Of a stretch of 64,000 nucleotides of DNA, positions 1 to 9,800 are shown piece by piece. Below the pieces are notes generated by a model. It saw nothing but the letters and a program-made list of their open reading frames with translations. It searched no databases and was not told the DNA's origin. Source of the DNA: Phycisphaerae bacterium. Lineage in GTDB: Bacteria; Planctomycetota; Phycisphaerae; UBA1845; Fen-1342. A program made the position numbers and the translations under genes. The DNA lies in NCBI GenBank assembly GCA_050115495.1, contig JASFQK010000019.1, positions 1 to 64,000 of the forward strand, written 5' to 3'. How positions within the stretch are numbered: position 1 is the first letter of the stretch; every line of letters begins with the position of its first letter.

Positions 1-52
1 TCAACGTGGTCCGTTCATCCTTGGTCAGCTTGATCGCAACCGCTCGACGCAT
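1..52 (-). CDS. Putative IS630-family transposase, N-terminal fragment (MRRAVAIKLTKDERTTL...), truncated by the window edge
   Basis: ATG at 52-50 preceded by GCAGGAGGATACAGCC. The peptide matches the common IS630 start pattern (I.Lt.eER..L). Not in the ORF track because it has no stop in the window. Confidence 0.55.
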   Translation of the reverse strand, partial: MRRAVAIKLTKDERTTL

Positions 53-126
53 GGCTGTATCCTCCTGCAAAGAAGAAGACACGCCAAGCTATCATACGTT
101 AGCGTATTTGTGAGGCACTACACTAG
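1..126 (-). mobile_element. Left end of a probable IS630-family insertion sequence (continues beyond the window edge)
   Basis: Minus strand reads CTAGTGTAGTGCCTCACAAATACG from 126, with a TA at 124-125 (IS630 elements target TA). An AGGAGG RBS and an ORF start follow, with an IS630-like N-terminus. The catalytic domain is outside the window. Confidence 0.55.
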
Positions 127-375
127 ATTCCGACGCCCGCTGCGCGGGCCGCGCTGCGCGAGAGCAGGTGAACCGTGAAGCAGTGGAACAGGTAACGCAA
201 CCGCGCGGTTGCTCCGCGGCGTGCAGATCACCAGCCATTGGCAGGTGCCACACTCCCCTGCGGGCGCGGCGACGCGAGAGACAAGACGGGTTCCGCAGCG
301 AAGAGACACCAGCGGTCGAGGTCGGGGTAGGACAGCATTCCATCGCTGCTAGCGGGCGCTCACCCTGGAGGCTGG

Positions 376-609
376 CTATCGGAGCCCTTGAGCGTTCTTG
401 AACATGATAAGCAGTTGCTGTGCGAACCTCCGCCGGAAGTCCTCATCGCTGTTCCTGATGATGTACGACATGTCGGAGATGATCGATTCGACCGACTCGC
501 CATCGAGTGACGGCAGGATTCCCAGCAACGTATCCACAGCATCTTGAATCCGCTTCTGGTTGTCGCTGTTACGGACGATGAAGACCATATCGTTGGCAGT
601 GCTGTCCAT
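376..609 (-). CDS. Small hypothetical protein (77 aa) with an internal repeat
   Basis: GGGAGG RBS before MDSTANDMVF. Internal repeat DMVFIVRNSD / DMSYIIRNSD. Less GC-rich than the neighbouring genes. Confidence 0.6.
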   Translation of the reverse strand: MDSTANDMVFIVRNSDNQKRIQDAVDTLLGILPSLDGESVESIISDMSYIIRNSDEDFRRRFAQQLLIMFKNAQGLR

Positions 610-870
610 GGCACATCTACCTCCCATTGACTCCAGCAGTATATGCGGAGGCTGGCGGGCTACAACCTGAAGAAAAGGCGGACGTCCAATTGATCTGAAA
701 GCGGCGCGGCGCATCGTCCACCCGTTCGTTAGCCCCCCACATCCCGCCCAAACCCCAACAGAATCCGCCAGAACGCGGCAGAATCCGCCAATCGGCCAAG
801 CCGGGATTTCGTCTCCTACACTGAATACGGACGGCCGGCAGCTCACGGCTCAAGGCTCACGGCCCCCCAA

Positions 871-1009
871 GACGTCGGCCACAGGGGGCCGACGCTACGG
901 GACGGCCGGCGCGGAGGTCGGGCGCTACGGGACGACGTAAGACATGCCGGCGCCTAAGGCTTCAGCATGCCACACTCCGAAGACGGCCGGCACGGAGACC
1001 GGCCGCTAC
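871..1009. repeat. Cluster of REP-like palindromes (GTAG-footed)
   Basis: GACGTCGGCCACAGGGGGCCGACGCTAC (871-898), GACGGCCGGCGCGGAGGTCGGGCGCTAC (901-928), ATGCCGGCGCCTAAGGCTTCAGCATGCCAC (944-973), GACGGCCGGCACGGAGACCGGCCGCTAC (982-1009). Copies recur at 13779 and 37327. Confidence 0.8.
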
Positions 1010-1032
1010 CAGTCCTGTGCGGAGGCCGGACG

Positions 1033-2202
1033 TTACGGCGCGGTCAGGTTCTGGCCTTCGGGGCCGGGAGCGAAGAAGTGGGCGCGGGTCATGTCTACGC
1101 CGAAGCCGGCGGCCTGGCCTTCCTTCACGGGCGTCGCGGCGTCCACGCGGCAGACGAAGACCTGCTCGCCCAACATGGCGTGCACATCCATCCGCTCACC
1201 CAGCGGCTCGACCACATTCACATTCAGCCGCAGACGACTGCCCGCTGGCGCCGCGGCCGCCGGTCCGACGCCCTCGGGACGGATCCCCAGCGTCAGCGGC
1301 TTGTCCGCGTGCGGCGCCAGCAGCCGCTGCTGCTCCGCCGTCGGGTTCAATCGCTGGCCGGCGGCCTCGAATACCAGGCCGTCGCCGTCACGCACCAGCC
1401 GTCCCTCGACGAAGTTCATCGGCGGCGTGCCCACGAAACCCGCCACGAAGCGGTTCACCGGTCGGCGATAGACCTCGAACGGCGTGCCGAGCTGGTGAAT
1501 CACGCCGTCCTTCATCACGACCACACGCTGGCCGAGCGTCATCGCCTCTTCCTGGTCGTGCGTGACGTAGATCGTCGTCGTCTGCACCTGGCGATGCAGG
1601 CTCTTCAACTCGGCCCGCATCTCGACGCGCAGCTTCGCGTCGAGGTTCGACAGCGGCTCGTCGAACAGATACGCCTTCGGGTTCCGAACGATGGCCCGCC
1701 CGACGGCGACGCGCTGCCGCTGACCGCCGGAGAGGGCCCGCGGTCGGCGATCGAGCAGGTTCTCGATACCAAGCGTCGCCGCCGCCTCGCGCACCTGCCG
1801 GTCGATCCGGGCCCGCTCCTCCCGGGCTGCCCGGTAGCGCTCCCGGGACAGCAGCCAGCCGAGCGGACTCCCCCAACCCGCATGCCGTCGGCGGAGCATG
1901 AGCCCGAAGGCCATGTTCCGATAAACGCTCATATGTGGATATAGGGCGTAGTTCTGGAAGACCATGGCGATGTCGCGATCTTTCGGGGCGACGTCGTTCA
2001 CGACGCGGCCGCCGATTCGGATCACGCCCGACGTGATGTCCTCGAGCCCCGCGACCATGCGCAGCGTGGTGCTCTTGCCGCAGCCGGAAGGTCCGACAAG
2101 AACGAGGAATTCGCGGTCCTGGATGGTCAGGTCGATGTTATCGACCGCCCGAACGTCGCCGGGGTAAACCTTCGAGACCTGTTCCAAGACGACTTCGGCC
2201 AT
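1033..2202 (-). CDS. Carbohydrate ABC transporter ATP-binding protein (MalK/UgpC/MsmX family)
   Basis: Walker A GPSGCGKST, Q-loop VFQNYALYPH, signature LSGGQRQR, Walker B YLFDEPLSNLD, H-loop VTHDQ, C-terminal TOBE-like region. Confidence 0.95.
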   Translation of the reverse strand: MAEVVLEQVSKVYPGDVRAVDNIDLTIQDREFLVLVGPSGCGKSTTLRMVAGLEDITSGVIRIGGRVVNDVAPKDRDIAMVFQNYALYPHMSVYRNMAFGLMLRRRHAGWGSPLGWLLSRERYRAAREERARIDRQVREAAATLGIENLLDRRPRALSGGQRQRVAVGRAIVRNPKAYLFDEPLSNLDAKLRVEMRAELKSLHRQVQTTTIYVTHDQEEAMTLGQRVVVMKDGVIHQLGTPFEVYRRPVNRFVAGFVGTPPMNFVEGRLVRDGDGLVFEAAGQRLNPTAEQQRLLAPHADKPLTLGIRPEGVGPAAAAPAGSRLRLNVNVVEPLGERMDVHAMLGEQVFVCRVDAATPVKEGQAAGFGVDMTRAHFFAPGPEGQNLTAP

Positions 2203-2321
2203 GGCAGCCTCGTCGGCGGGGATCGACGCCATCGTGGTACGGCGAATCCCTCGCCGGGCGACGAGTATAAGAACGCGGCGAGCGGACGGTCAAACGAACG
2301 TGCCGCGGGCGGCGTCGGCGC

Positions 2322-2380
2322 AAAAAAGAGGCCCGCCGTCGCGGGCCGAGGAGGAGAGGAGGAGTCTTCCAAGAGGAATC
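2322..2380 (-). ncRNA. Putative CU-rich small RNA, copy B (boundaries approximate)
   Basis: Minus strand AGACTCCTCCTCTCCTCCTC, then hairpin GGCCCGC-GACG-GCGGGCC and TCTTTTTT. The upstream promoter-like 32-mer is shared with copy A. Confidence 0.5.
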
Positions 2381-2385
2381 ACTGA

Positions 2386-2417
2386 ACTTGTAGGCCCCCT
2401 CGCCGGCGGATTTCCAC
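2386..2417 (-). promoter_or_regulatory. Putative promoter of sRNA copy B
   Basis: GTGGAAATCCGCCGGCGAGGGGGCCTACAAGT aligns without gaps to GTGGACATTCCGAAAAGAGGGTGCCTAGAAGT (2540-2571). Confidence 0.45.
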
Positions 2418-2487
2418 TGCCGAAACAGGAATGTCTGAAAATCCCGCCCGTCGCAGCCGGCGGCGGGGCCCCACGGGGTTTCGGCGC

Positions 2488-2535
2488 AAAAAAAGACGAC
2501 CCGCCGTCGCGGGTCGTGAGAGGAGGAGGAGTCTG
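2488..2535 (-). ncRNA. Putative CU-rich small RNA, copy A (boundaries approximate)
   Basis: Minus strand AGACTCCTCCTCCTCTC, then hairpin ACGACCCGC-GACG-GCGGGTCGT and CTTTTTTT. Confidence 0.5.
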
Positions 2536-2539
2536 ACAT

Positions 2540-2571
2540 ACTTCTAGGCACCCTCTTTTCGGAATGTCCAC
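2540..2571 (-). promoter_or_regulatory. Putative promoter of sRNA copy A
   Basis: TGGACA-N18-TAGAAG, with the same spacing as copy B (TGGAAA-N18-TACAAG). Confidence 0.45.
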
Positions 2572-2652
2572 TCGCTACCCATAAGAAATCTACGGAAGCG
2601 ATCACGAACGGCCATACCGAGCTGCTGCGCGGGGTGGCGTCGGACGAAAAGC

Positions 2653-3885
2653 CTATGGCATGGGGTTCGGCGCGGGGGAACGAAGCACCATTTGCTCGTG
2701 ATAGTCGGCGGATAGGCGCTGCTGCCAGTGCTCGCGGAGCCGCCGGACGGCCTCGGCCGCGGGCAGGACCTGCCACGCCTCCCGGTCGCTCCAGAGTTGC
2801 AGGCGATCGACAGACTCCAGCGCATCGGCGACGTCGAACAGGAAATGAACGCCCAGACGCTCGGCGCAGTAGGACTCGACGCGCTGCCGGAGCTCGGCCG
2901 CGGAACGGATGGGCGGCGTGGCGTGCAGCAGGAAGGCGTAGGCGAGAAAGGCCTCTTTCGCCTCCTCCTGGGCCACCATCGACAACAGCAGGTGGACGGC
3001 GCCGGCGTTGTTCCCGAGGTTCTGATAATACAGATGCGTAGTGCGCTGAAGGTCGCGGTGCCGGCGAACGTTGCGGTAGCCGGTGAACGTCTTGAACATC
3101 AGCATGGCAAAGCCGCCGGCGAGGATCCAGAGCAGCTTGCCGGGCAGCGCGAGGGCGCCAGTGATCTTCATGACGGTTGAACCGAGCGTGCCGGCGCCGC
3201 CGCCCATCATGCGGGCCCGGTCCATCCAGGTCATGGCCACGCGGGCGTGCGGGAGCAGCGACTCGACGTCAGCGACGGGGATCTCCTTAAACATCTTGAT
3301 GCGCAGGCCGGGATCGTCGTGCAGGCGGCTCACGACGACGAGTCGGCGGAAGACGGGGCAAGACTGGCGCACGCCGAAGCGCGGGTGCCGCCAGGTCCGC
3401 CGAACGCGATCGACGACGGCGGCGCCGCGTACCCAGACTCTCAGGTAAGCGACCTGTTCGGGATCGAGGCGTACGCGCAGGCCGGAGGAACGGGCGGCCT
3501 GCAAGGCCTGTTCGACCTGGGTGTTGGTGAGGGGCTCGAAGTTGGCCTTGGCGAGCAGGTAGTCCAGGCGGTCCTGGAGCGCGGCGTGGTGCTCGGGATC
3601 GCGTGCCGCCGCCACGTCGATGAGCGGGATCGTGTCGCGGTCCGGGTTGAAGGGCTCGTAGCGCTCGGCCAGCAGGCGCTCGAAGGCCGCCGCCTGCTGC
3701 TCGCAGATGCTCTCGATCGCGCTGGCGAGCGGCACGAGCAGCGCGGCGTCGGGTCCGAAACAGGCATCATCTGCGCGCAGCCGGGCGACGAGTCCGGTAA
3801 AGCGAAACGGGATGAAACGGTCATCGGGCCGGTGGTGGTCGATGCCGGCGGTCGGATCTCGAGCTAGGACGGCGTTGGCGGCCAT
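2653..3885 (-). CDS. DUF3754/TMEM143-family membrane protein
   Basis: DRFIPFR near the N-terminus, KMFKEIPVADVESLLP, two hydrophobic segments, LYYQNLGNNAG, QEEAKEAFLAY. Start chosen at MAANAV. Confidence 0.8.
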   Translation of the reverse strand: MAANAVLARDPTAGIDHHRPDDRFIPFRFTGLVARLRADDACFGPDAALLVPLASAIESICEQQAAAFERLLAERYEPFNPDRDTIPLIDVAAARDPEHHAALQDRLDYLLAKANFEPLTNTQVEQALQAARSSGLRVRLDPEQVAYLRVWVRGAAVVDRVRRTWRHPRFGVRQSCPVFRRLVVVSRLHDDPGLRIKMFKEIPVADVESLLPHARVAMTWMDRARMMGGGAGTLGSTVMKITGALALPGKLLWILAGGFAMLMFKTFTGYRNVRRHRDLQRTTHLYYQNLGNNAGAVHLLLSMVAQEEAKEAFLAYAFLLHATPPIRSAAELRQRVESYCAERLGVHFLFDVADALESVDRLQLWSDREAWQVLPAAEAVRRLREHWQQRLSADYHEQMVLRSPAPNPMP

Positions 3886-4288
3886 AGCGCGGCCAATCGT
3901 ACTCGGCGGGCGTCGATCGCGACAACGCGCGTCGGCTGTGCATTGCGCGACCGATAAGATCACAGAGACAGGTGCGAAGCGTGCTGTGGCACGCGTGTTA
4001 ATCCTGACCGCATTTTCATGGAACATGCGGCTCCGGTCGTTTATATTAGAAACCGATCCAGCTTGACGCTTACGGGTTGCTGGAGTTGTTCGCGTGAGGG
4101 GTGAGCATGGTGCTCTGCGCAACAGGCGCGGGGCGGGCCGCGGGTGCTTCAACAGCCGGTAAGCGACCGCAACGGTCGTGCGGGCCAGTGTTATCGCCCG
4201 TTTCGCGAATTGCGGGGCTGACACTCTGTGATGGTGGCGGTCACGGCCGGGCCATGGGATGGATTCAACGGGGTATAAGGAGAAGGCG

Positions 4289-6526
4289 ATGGGCTTCAGG
4301 CAGAGGATGGCAGTGCACACCGGCTGGGGAGTGGCCGCGGTACTGAGCGTGGTATTCGTCCTGGCGCTGGTGGCGCCGGTGTCGGCGGAAGAAGTGTATC
4401 AGACCGTGTTCTTCCCGCAGCAGGACCTGCAGTTCCAGCAGGCTCAGGGCTACGACGTCGTCTACCTGCCTGACGGCGGCGTCACGAGCGTGCCGGGCGC
4501 GCCGATGCTCCCCAATCGAACGTTGCGCATCGCGCTGCCGGACGGCATGCGGGCCACGGGGGTGCGCGTGGTGAACACCGACGCGGTTACACTGCCCGGC
4601 CAATACAACATGTACCCGGCGCAGCCGGTGAAGCGGATGCAGGTGCCGGCCACCGGCTTCGTCCCGCAGAATGAGGCGGCGTACGCCTCGGCGGAGGCGT
4701 ATCCGGGCGTGCTGGCCGAGCTGGCGGGACAGACGGACCTGGCGGGCCAGGCGATGGCCCTGGTGTGCTTCTCGCCGCTGCAATACGTGCCGGCGACGGG
4801 CACGCTGACGCTGCACACGTCGATCGAGATCGTGATCGAGGGCGAGCCTGGGTACGTTTGTGGTGATTACCTGCCGACCGGCCTGTCCGCGTGGAAGCAG
4901 GCCGAGCAGGTGCAGCGCGTGCGGGACATGGTGATCAATCCGGAGGCGGTGCATCCGCAGGAATCGACCTGGGCGCCGACGGGCCGCGCGCTCGATCCCG
5001 GCAACTACGAATACGTCATCATCACGATCTATAGCTGGCGGTCGTTCGCGGAGCCGCTGGCTGACTGGAAGACGCAGAAGGGCGTGCCGACGGCAATCAT
5101 GGACACGAGCACGATCTACGCCGAGTACTCTGGGGCGGATTACCCGGAGCGTATTCGCGCGTTCATCATCGACGCCCACAACACGTGGGGAGCGGAGTAC
5201 TTCCTGCTGGCCGGGGACACGAACCTGATCCCCGCTCCGTCGCGGACGTTCACGGTGCCGGACCCGGAGCCGGTCGTCAACGACACGTACTACGCGGACT
5301 TTGACGACGACTGGACGTGCGAGGTGAACGTCGGCCGCGCGTCGGCGCGTTACGCGACGGATCTGGACGTATTCATCGACAAGGCGCTGACGTACGAGCA
5401 GAATCCGCCGATGACGGACTATCCGACGAAGGTCGGTTTCTTCGGTTTCGACGCCGAGGAGCCGGGCAGCGGTGAGGGCGAGGACTGCAAGTTCCTGATC
5501 GATCTGTTCTGGATTCCGGACGACTGGGACCTGACGACAGTGTACGACAGCGACCAGCCGAGCTTCCACAAGCCGGTCGTCATCGCCTGCATGAACGAAG
5601 GCAACAACATCCTGAACCACATCGACCACGGCGACACGAACGTGATGGGCACGGGCTCGCTGACCAACGGCGGGTCGCTGAACAACAGCGACATGGAGGG
5701 TCTGACCAACGGCGACCGCCAGAGCATCCTGTACTCCACGGCCTGTAAGGCCTGCGATTACGACGCGTACACGTGCATCGCCGAGGCCTTCGTGAAGAAC
5801 CCGAACGGCGGCGGCGTGGCCTTCGTCGGCAACTCGGGGTACGGCTGGTATCAGCCGGGCGAGTTGGATTACTGGTCGCTGCGCTTCGACCGGAACTTCT
5901 TCCGTTCGCTCATGGAGCCGACCGAGAATCACTACCGCCTGGGCGATCTGTTCTCCGATCACAAGAACGACTCGTACATCAACCACGACACGTACCGGTA
6001 CATCTTCGTGGGCCTCACGCTGCTCGGCGATCCGGATCTGCCGATCTGGACCGACACGCCCGCCGAACTGGTCGTGGATCACAGCCCGACGATGGCGGCC
6101 GGCCAGCCGAACAACTTCGAGGTGAGCGTGACGTCCGGCGGCACGCCGGTCGACGGCGCCCGGGTGTGCCTGTTGAAGAGCGGCGACGTCTACGAAATCG
6201 GCTACACGAGCGGCGGGACGGTGAGCTTCAACGTCACGCCGGCGGAGGTGGGCTCGATGCAGGTCACGACGACGGCCCAGAACTGCCTGCCCGAGACGAC
6301 GACCGTCGCGGTGACGGAAGGCGGGCTGGTCCTGGGTGACGTCAACGGTGACGGCTTCTGCGACAACTTCGACATCGCCCCGTTCGTATACGCCATCCTG
6401 CATTCGCAGACGCTGTTCGAGATCGAGTACTCCAATGGTTGCTACTGGTGCGCGGACTGCAACGAGAGCGGTGCGGTCGATAACTTCGACATCAGCCCGT
6501 TCATCAGCATCCTGACGAGCCCGTAG
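4289..6526 (+). CDS. Secreted C25-family (gingipain-like) cysteine peptidase with propeptide and C-terminal dockerin-like domain
   Basis: AAGGAG RBS, signal peptide, propeptide-like GAPMLP, YVIIT, WKTQKG, YFLLAGD, VGRAS, catalytic-type NHIDHG and TACKAC, GGGVAFVGNS, LLGDP. C-terminal GDVNGDG..DNFDI repeated twice. Confidence 0.9.
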   Translation: MGFRQRMAVHTGWGVAAVLSVVFVLALVAPVSAEEVYQTVFFPQQDLQFQQAQGYDVVYLPDGGVTSVPGAPMLPNRTLRIALPDGMRATGVRVVNTDAVTLPGQYNMYPAQPVKRMQVPATGFVPQNEAAYASAEAYPGVLAELAGQTDLAGQAMALVCFSPLQYVPATGTLTLHTSIEIVIEGEPGYVCGDYLPTGLSAWKQAEQVQRVRDMVINPEAVHPQESTWAPTGRALDPGNYEYVIITIYSWRSFAEPLADWKTQKGVPTAIMDTSTIYAEYSGADYPERIRAFIIDAHNTWGAEYFLLAGDTNLIPAPSRTFTVPDPEPVVNDTYYADFDDDWTCEVNVGRASARYATDLDVFIDKALTYEQNPPMTDYPTKVGFFGFDAEEPGSGEGEDCKFLIDLFWIPDDWDLTTVYDSDQPSFHKPVVIACMNEGNNILNHIDHGDTNVMGTGSLTNGGSLNNSDMEGLTNGDRQSILYSTACKACDYDAYTCIAEAFVKNPNGGGVAFVGNSGYGWYQPGELDYWSLRFDRNFFRSLMEPTENHYRLGDLFSDHKNDSYINHDTYRYIFVGLTLLGDPDLPIWTDTPAELVVDHSPTMAAGQPNNFEVSVTSGGTPVDGARVCLLKSGDVYEIGYTSGGTVSFNVTPAEVGSMQVTTTAQNCLPETTTVAVTEGGLVLGDVNGDGFCDNFDIAPFVYAILHSQTLFEIEYSNGCYWCADCNESGAVDNFDISPFISILTSP

Positions 6527-6806
6527 CCCACCGGCGCGGAGGAGAGCCGCGGCGGCGGCGGCAGCGCCGCTTTTGGACTGGGAACGGCTTGGCGCGGTGC
6601 GTATAATGGTGACCGAAGACACTCGGCGGTTCCGACCGCTCCGAGTGTACGCGGGACGCTACACGGCTCCGTGCCGAGCACGGCCGGCCGGTTGGTCACC
6701 CGCTTGGCGCTGCCGCCTTGTCGAAACCGCCGCTCGCTCTCGGGCGGCTTAGTGGTTTCGCCTGCTGCGGTCTGGGATGGATTGGGTGTATCACAAGGAG
6801 CATGGA

Positions 6807-9800
6807 ATGAGCCCGAGGCTATGGAATGGGGCGCGCCTGTTCTGCGCGCCGGCCCTGGTGGCCTGCACATGGCTGGCATGCGCGTTCGTGCCGGCCGCGC
6901 TGGCGGATGAAGTCTCGTACACCGCGCAGTTCAGCATGCAGGATCTGCGCAGCGAGCAGCAGCAGGGCTACGACGTCGTGCACCTGGCCGACGGCGGGAT
7001 CTGGAGTGAGCCGGGCCAGCCCATGCTCCCCAATCGCACGTTGCGGATCGCCCTGCCTGCGGGCATGCGGGCGACGGGCCTGCGGGTGGTCAGCAGCGAG
7101 AGCGTCCTGCTGCCCGGTGAATACGACATCTACCCGGCACAACCTCCGCAGCGTATCTCGGCGCCGCCGATCGATTTCGTTCCGCCGGACGCGACGGCCT
7201 ACTCGTCGACCGAAGCCTACCCGGGCGTGCTGGCCGAGCTGATGGAGCAGACCGACCTGGCCGGACAGAGCATGGCCCTGGTGCGTTTCTCGCCGGTGCA
7301 GTACGTGCCGGCGACGGGCGAGCTGACGCTGTGCACGTCGATCGAGGTTGTGATCGAGGGTGAGCCGGGTTACGTGTGCGGGGACTATCTCTCGCCAATG
7401 ATGACCGACGCGGAGCAGGCGGACCGTCTCGCCGAGGTGCGTGAGATGGTGGCCAATCCGGGAGCGGTGCTGCTGCAGGAATCGCCCTTTGCCCCGACGG
7501 GCCGGGGCGTTGATTCGGGCGACTACGACTACGTCATCATCACGCAGAACAGTTGGGTGGACGACTTCCAGCCGCTGGCCGACTGGAAGACCAAGAAGGG
7601 CGTGAACGCGACGATCGTCAGCACCGAGTGGATTTACGCCGAGTACTCGGGGAACTCGAACACGAGCAAGATCCAGAGCTTCGTCTACGACGCGGCGGCC
7701 AATTGGGGAGCGCTGTACTTCCTGCTGGGCGGCGACACGAACATCGTTCCGTGCGGCACGGTGAACGTCGGCGGCGACGACATCCCCAACGACACGTGCT
7801 ACGGCGACTACGACAACGACTACACCTGCGAGGTGTACGTGGGCCGGGCGGCGGTGCGCAACACCTCGGCCATCGGCACGTTCATCAACAAGGCGATGAC
7901 CTACGAGAAGGCGCCCCCGCTGACCAACTATCCGGAGACGGCGGCCTTCCTCGGTTTCGACCTGAACACGTACGGCAGCGACGAAGGCGAGAGCTGCAAG
8001 GTGGCCATCCGCTCGGCCTCCATCCCCTCGGCCTGGACCTATCGCAGCGAGTACGACAGCGAGAGTGGCGGCCACCTCAGCGACTGCATCGCCTACCTCA
8101 ACCTGGGCAACAACTTGGTCAACCATATCGACCACTCCAGCACCGACTACATGGGTATGGGGTACACCAACCACAACACCGGCGTCAGCGGCGCGGATAT
8201 GAGTGGCCTGACCAACGGCGAGCGGCAGAGCATCCTCTACTCGATCGGCTGCTGGGCCTGTGACTACAACGCCGGCACGTGCATCGCCGAGGCGTTCGTG
8301 CAGAACGCGAACGGCGGCGGCGTGGGCTTCGTCGGCAACTCGCGCTACGGCTGGTACTCGCCCGGATCGGGCGATTACTACTCGCTGCGCTACGACCGCT
8401 ACTTCTTCCGGTCGCTGTTCAATCAGACCAAGTACCGGCTGGGCGAGGCCTTCTCCGACCACAAGAACGACGCCTACCAGAGTGACGAGACGTACCGCTA
8501 CGTCTTCGAGGAGCTGACGCTGCTCGGCGACCCGGAGCTGTGCGTCTGGACGACGGCGCCGCAGCCGCTGGAGATCGACTTCCCGGACACCGTTCCGAGC
8601 GGCCCGAGCACCTTCCAGGTCTACGTCACGAGCAACGGCACCCCAATCACGGCGGCTCGCGTGTGCCTCTGGAAGGCCGGCGACGTCTACGCGGTCTGGG
8701 CCACCAGCACCGACGGCTATGCCTCGTTCGACATCTCCCCGTTCTCGGGTGGCTCGCTTTACGTGACGGCCACGAGGCGCAATTACGTCCCGGCCGAGGG
8801 GGAGGCGCTGGTCGACGGCGTCGCCTCCTACCTGCTGACCGCGAGTACGATCGGCCACGGCAACGTGACGCTCAATCCTCCCGGCGGCATCTACCTCGAG
8901 GATACGACGGTCGAGCTGACCGCCGACGCGGACGACGGCTGGGTGTTCAGCCACTGGTCGGGCTCGCTCGACGGGTCGGATAACCCCGAGTCGATCCTGA
9001 TGGATGCCAACAAGGCGGTGACGGCCGTCTTCTTCCCCGAGAACGACTGTAACAACAACGGCGTTCCGGACGAGGACGACATCGCCGACGGCACCAGCTA
9101 CGACTGTGACGGCAACGGCGTGCCCGATGAGTGCGACGTCGCCGGCGGGGCCAACGACTGCAACGGCAACGGTGTGCCGGACGCCTGCGAACTCGGCACG
9201 GTGAACGGCCTGGCCGGGGCGTACTACGACGGGATGGGCTTCACCGGAGAGCTACAGGGCCGCGTAGACCCCGTGATCAACTTCAACTGGGGCAACGGTG
9301 AGCCGTGGGCTGGACTGGGCGCCGACACGTTCAGCATCCGCTGGACCGGCTGGGTGAGTACGCCGGCCGTGGCGGGCACGTATACGTTCTACACCTATAC
9401 CGACGACGGCGTGCGATTGTGGGTGGCCGGACAGCAGATCATCAACCGGTGGGTCGATCAGTCCCCGCGCGAGTGGTCGGGCACGATCGCCCTGGAAGCC
9501 GAGCAGGACTACCCGCTCGTGATGGAGTACTACGAGAACGGCGGCGGGGCCGTGGCCGCGCTGCGCTGGCGGCCACCGGGCATGACCAAGGTGGCCATCC
9601 CGTCGGCGAACCTGCTGGCGGGCCGGGACTGCAACGGGAACGGCGTGCCGGACACGTGCGACATCGCCAACGGGATGCCGGATGACGACGGGAACGGCAT
9701 TCCCGATGTGTGCGAGCAGGGCTTCGTGCCGGGTGATGTGAACGGCGACCTGATCGTCAACAACTTCGACATCGCCGTGTTCGTGTTCGCCGTGACGCAC

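Noticed and set aside
2138..2776. 212-aa and 93-aa ORFs across the duplicated element
   Set aside because: Low-complexity translations running through terminator hairpins and overlapping real genes. The region is better explained as non-coding.
4265..8954. Long antisense ORFs (785 aa, 711 aa) opposite the C25 genes, and similar shadows at 17460-19766, 20124-21755, 28504-30720 and 34980-37361
   Set aside because: Typical high-GC antisense shadow frames with no motifs, fully overlapping well-supported genes.
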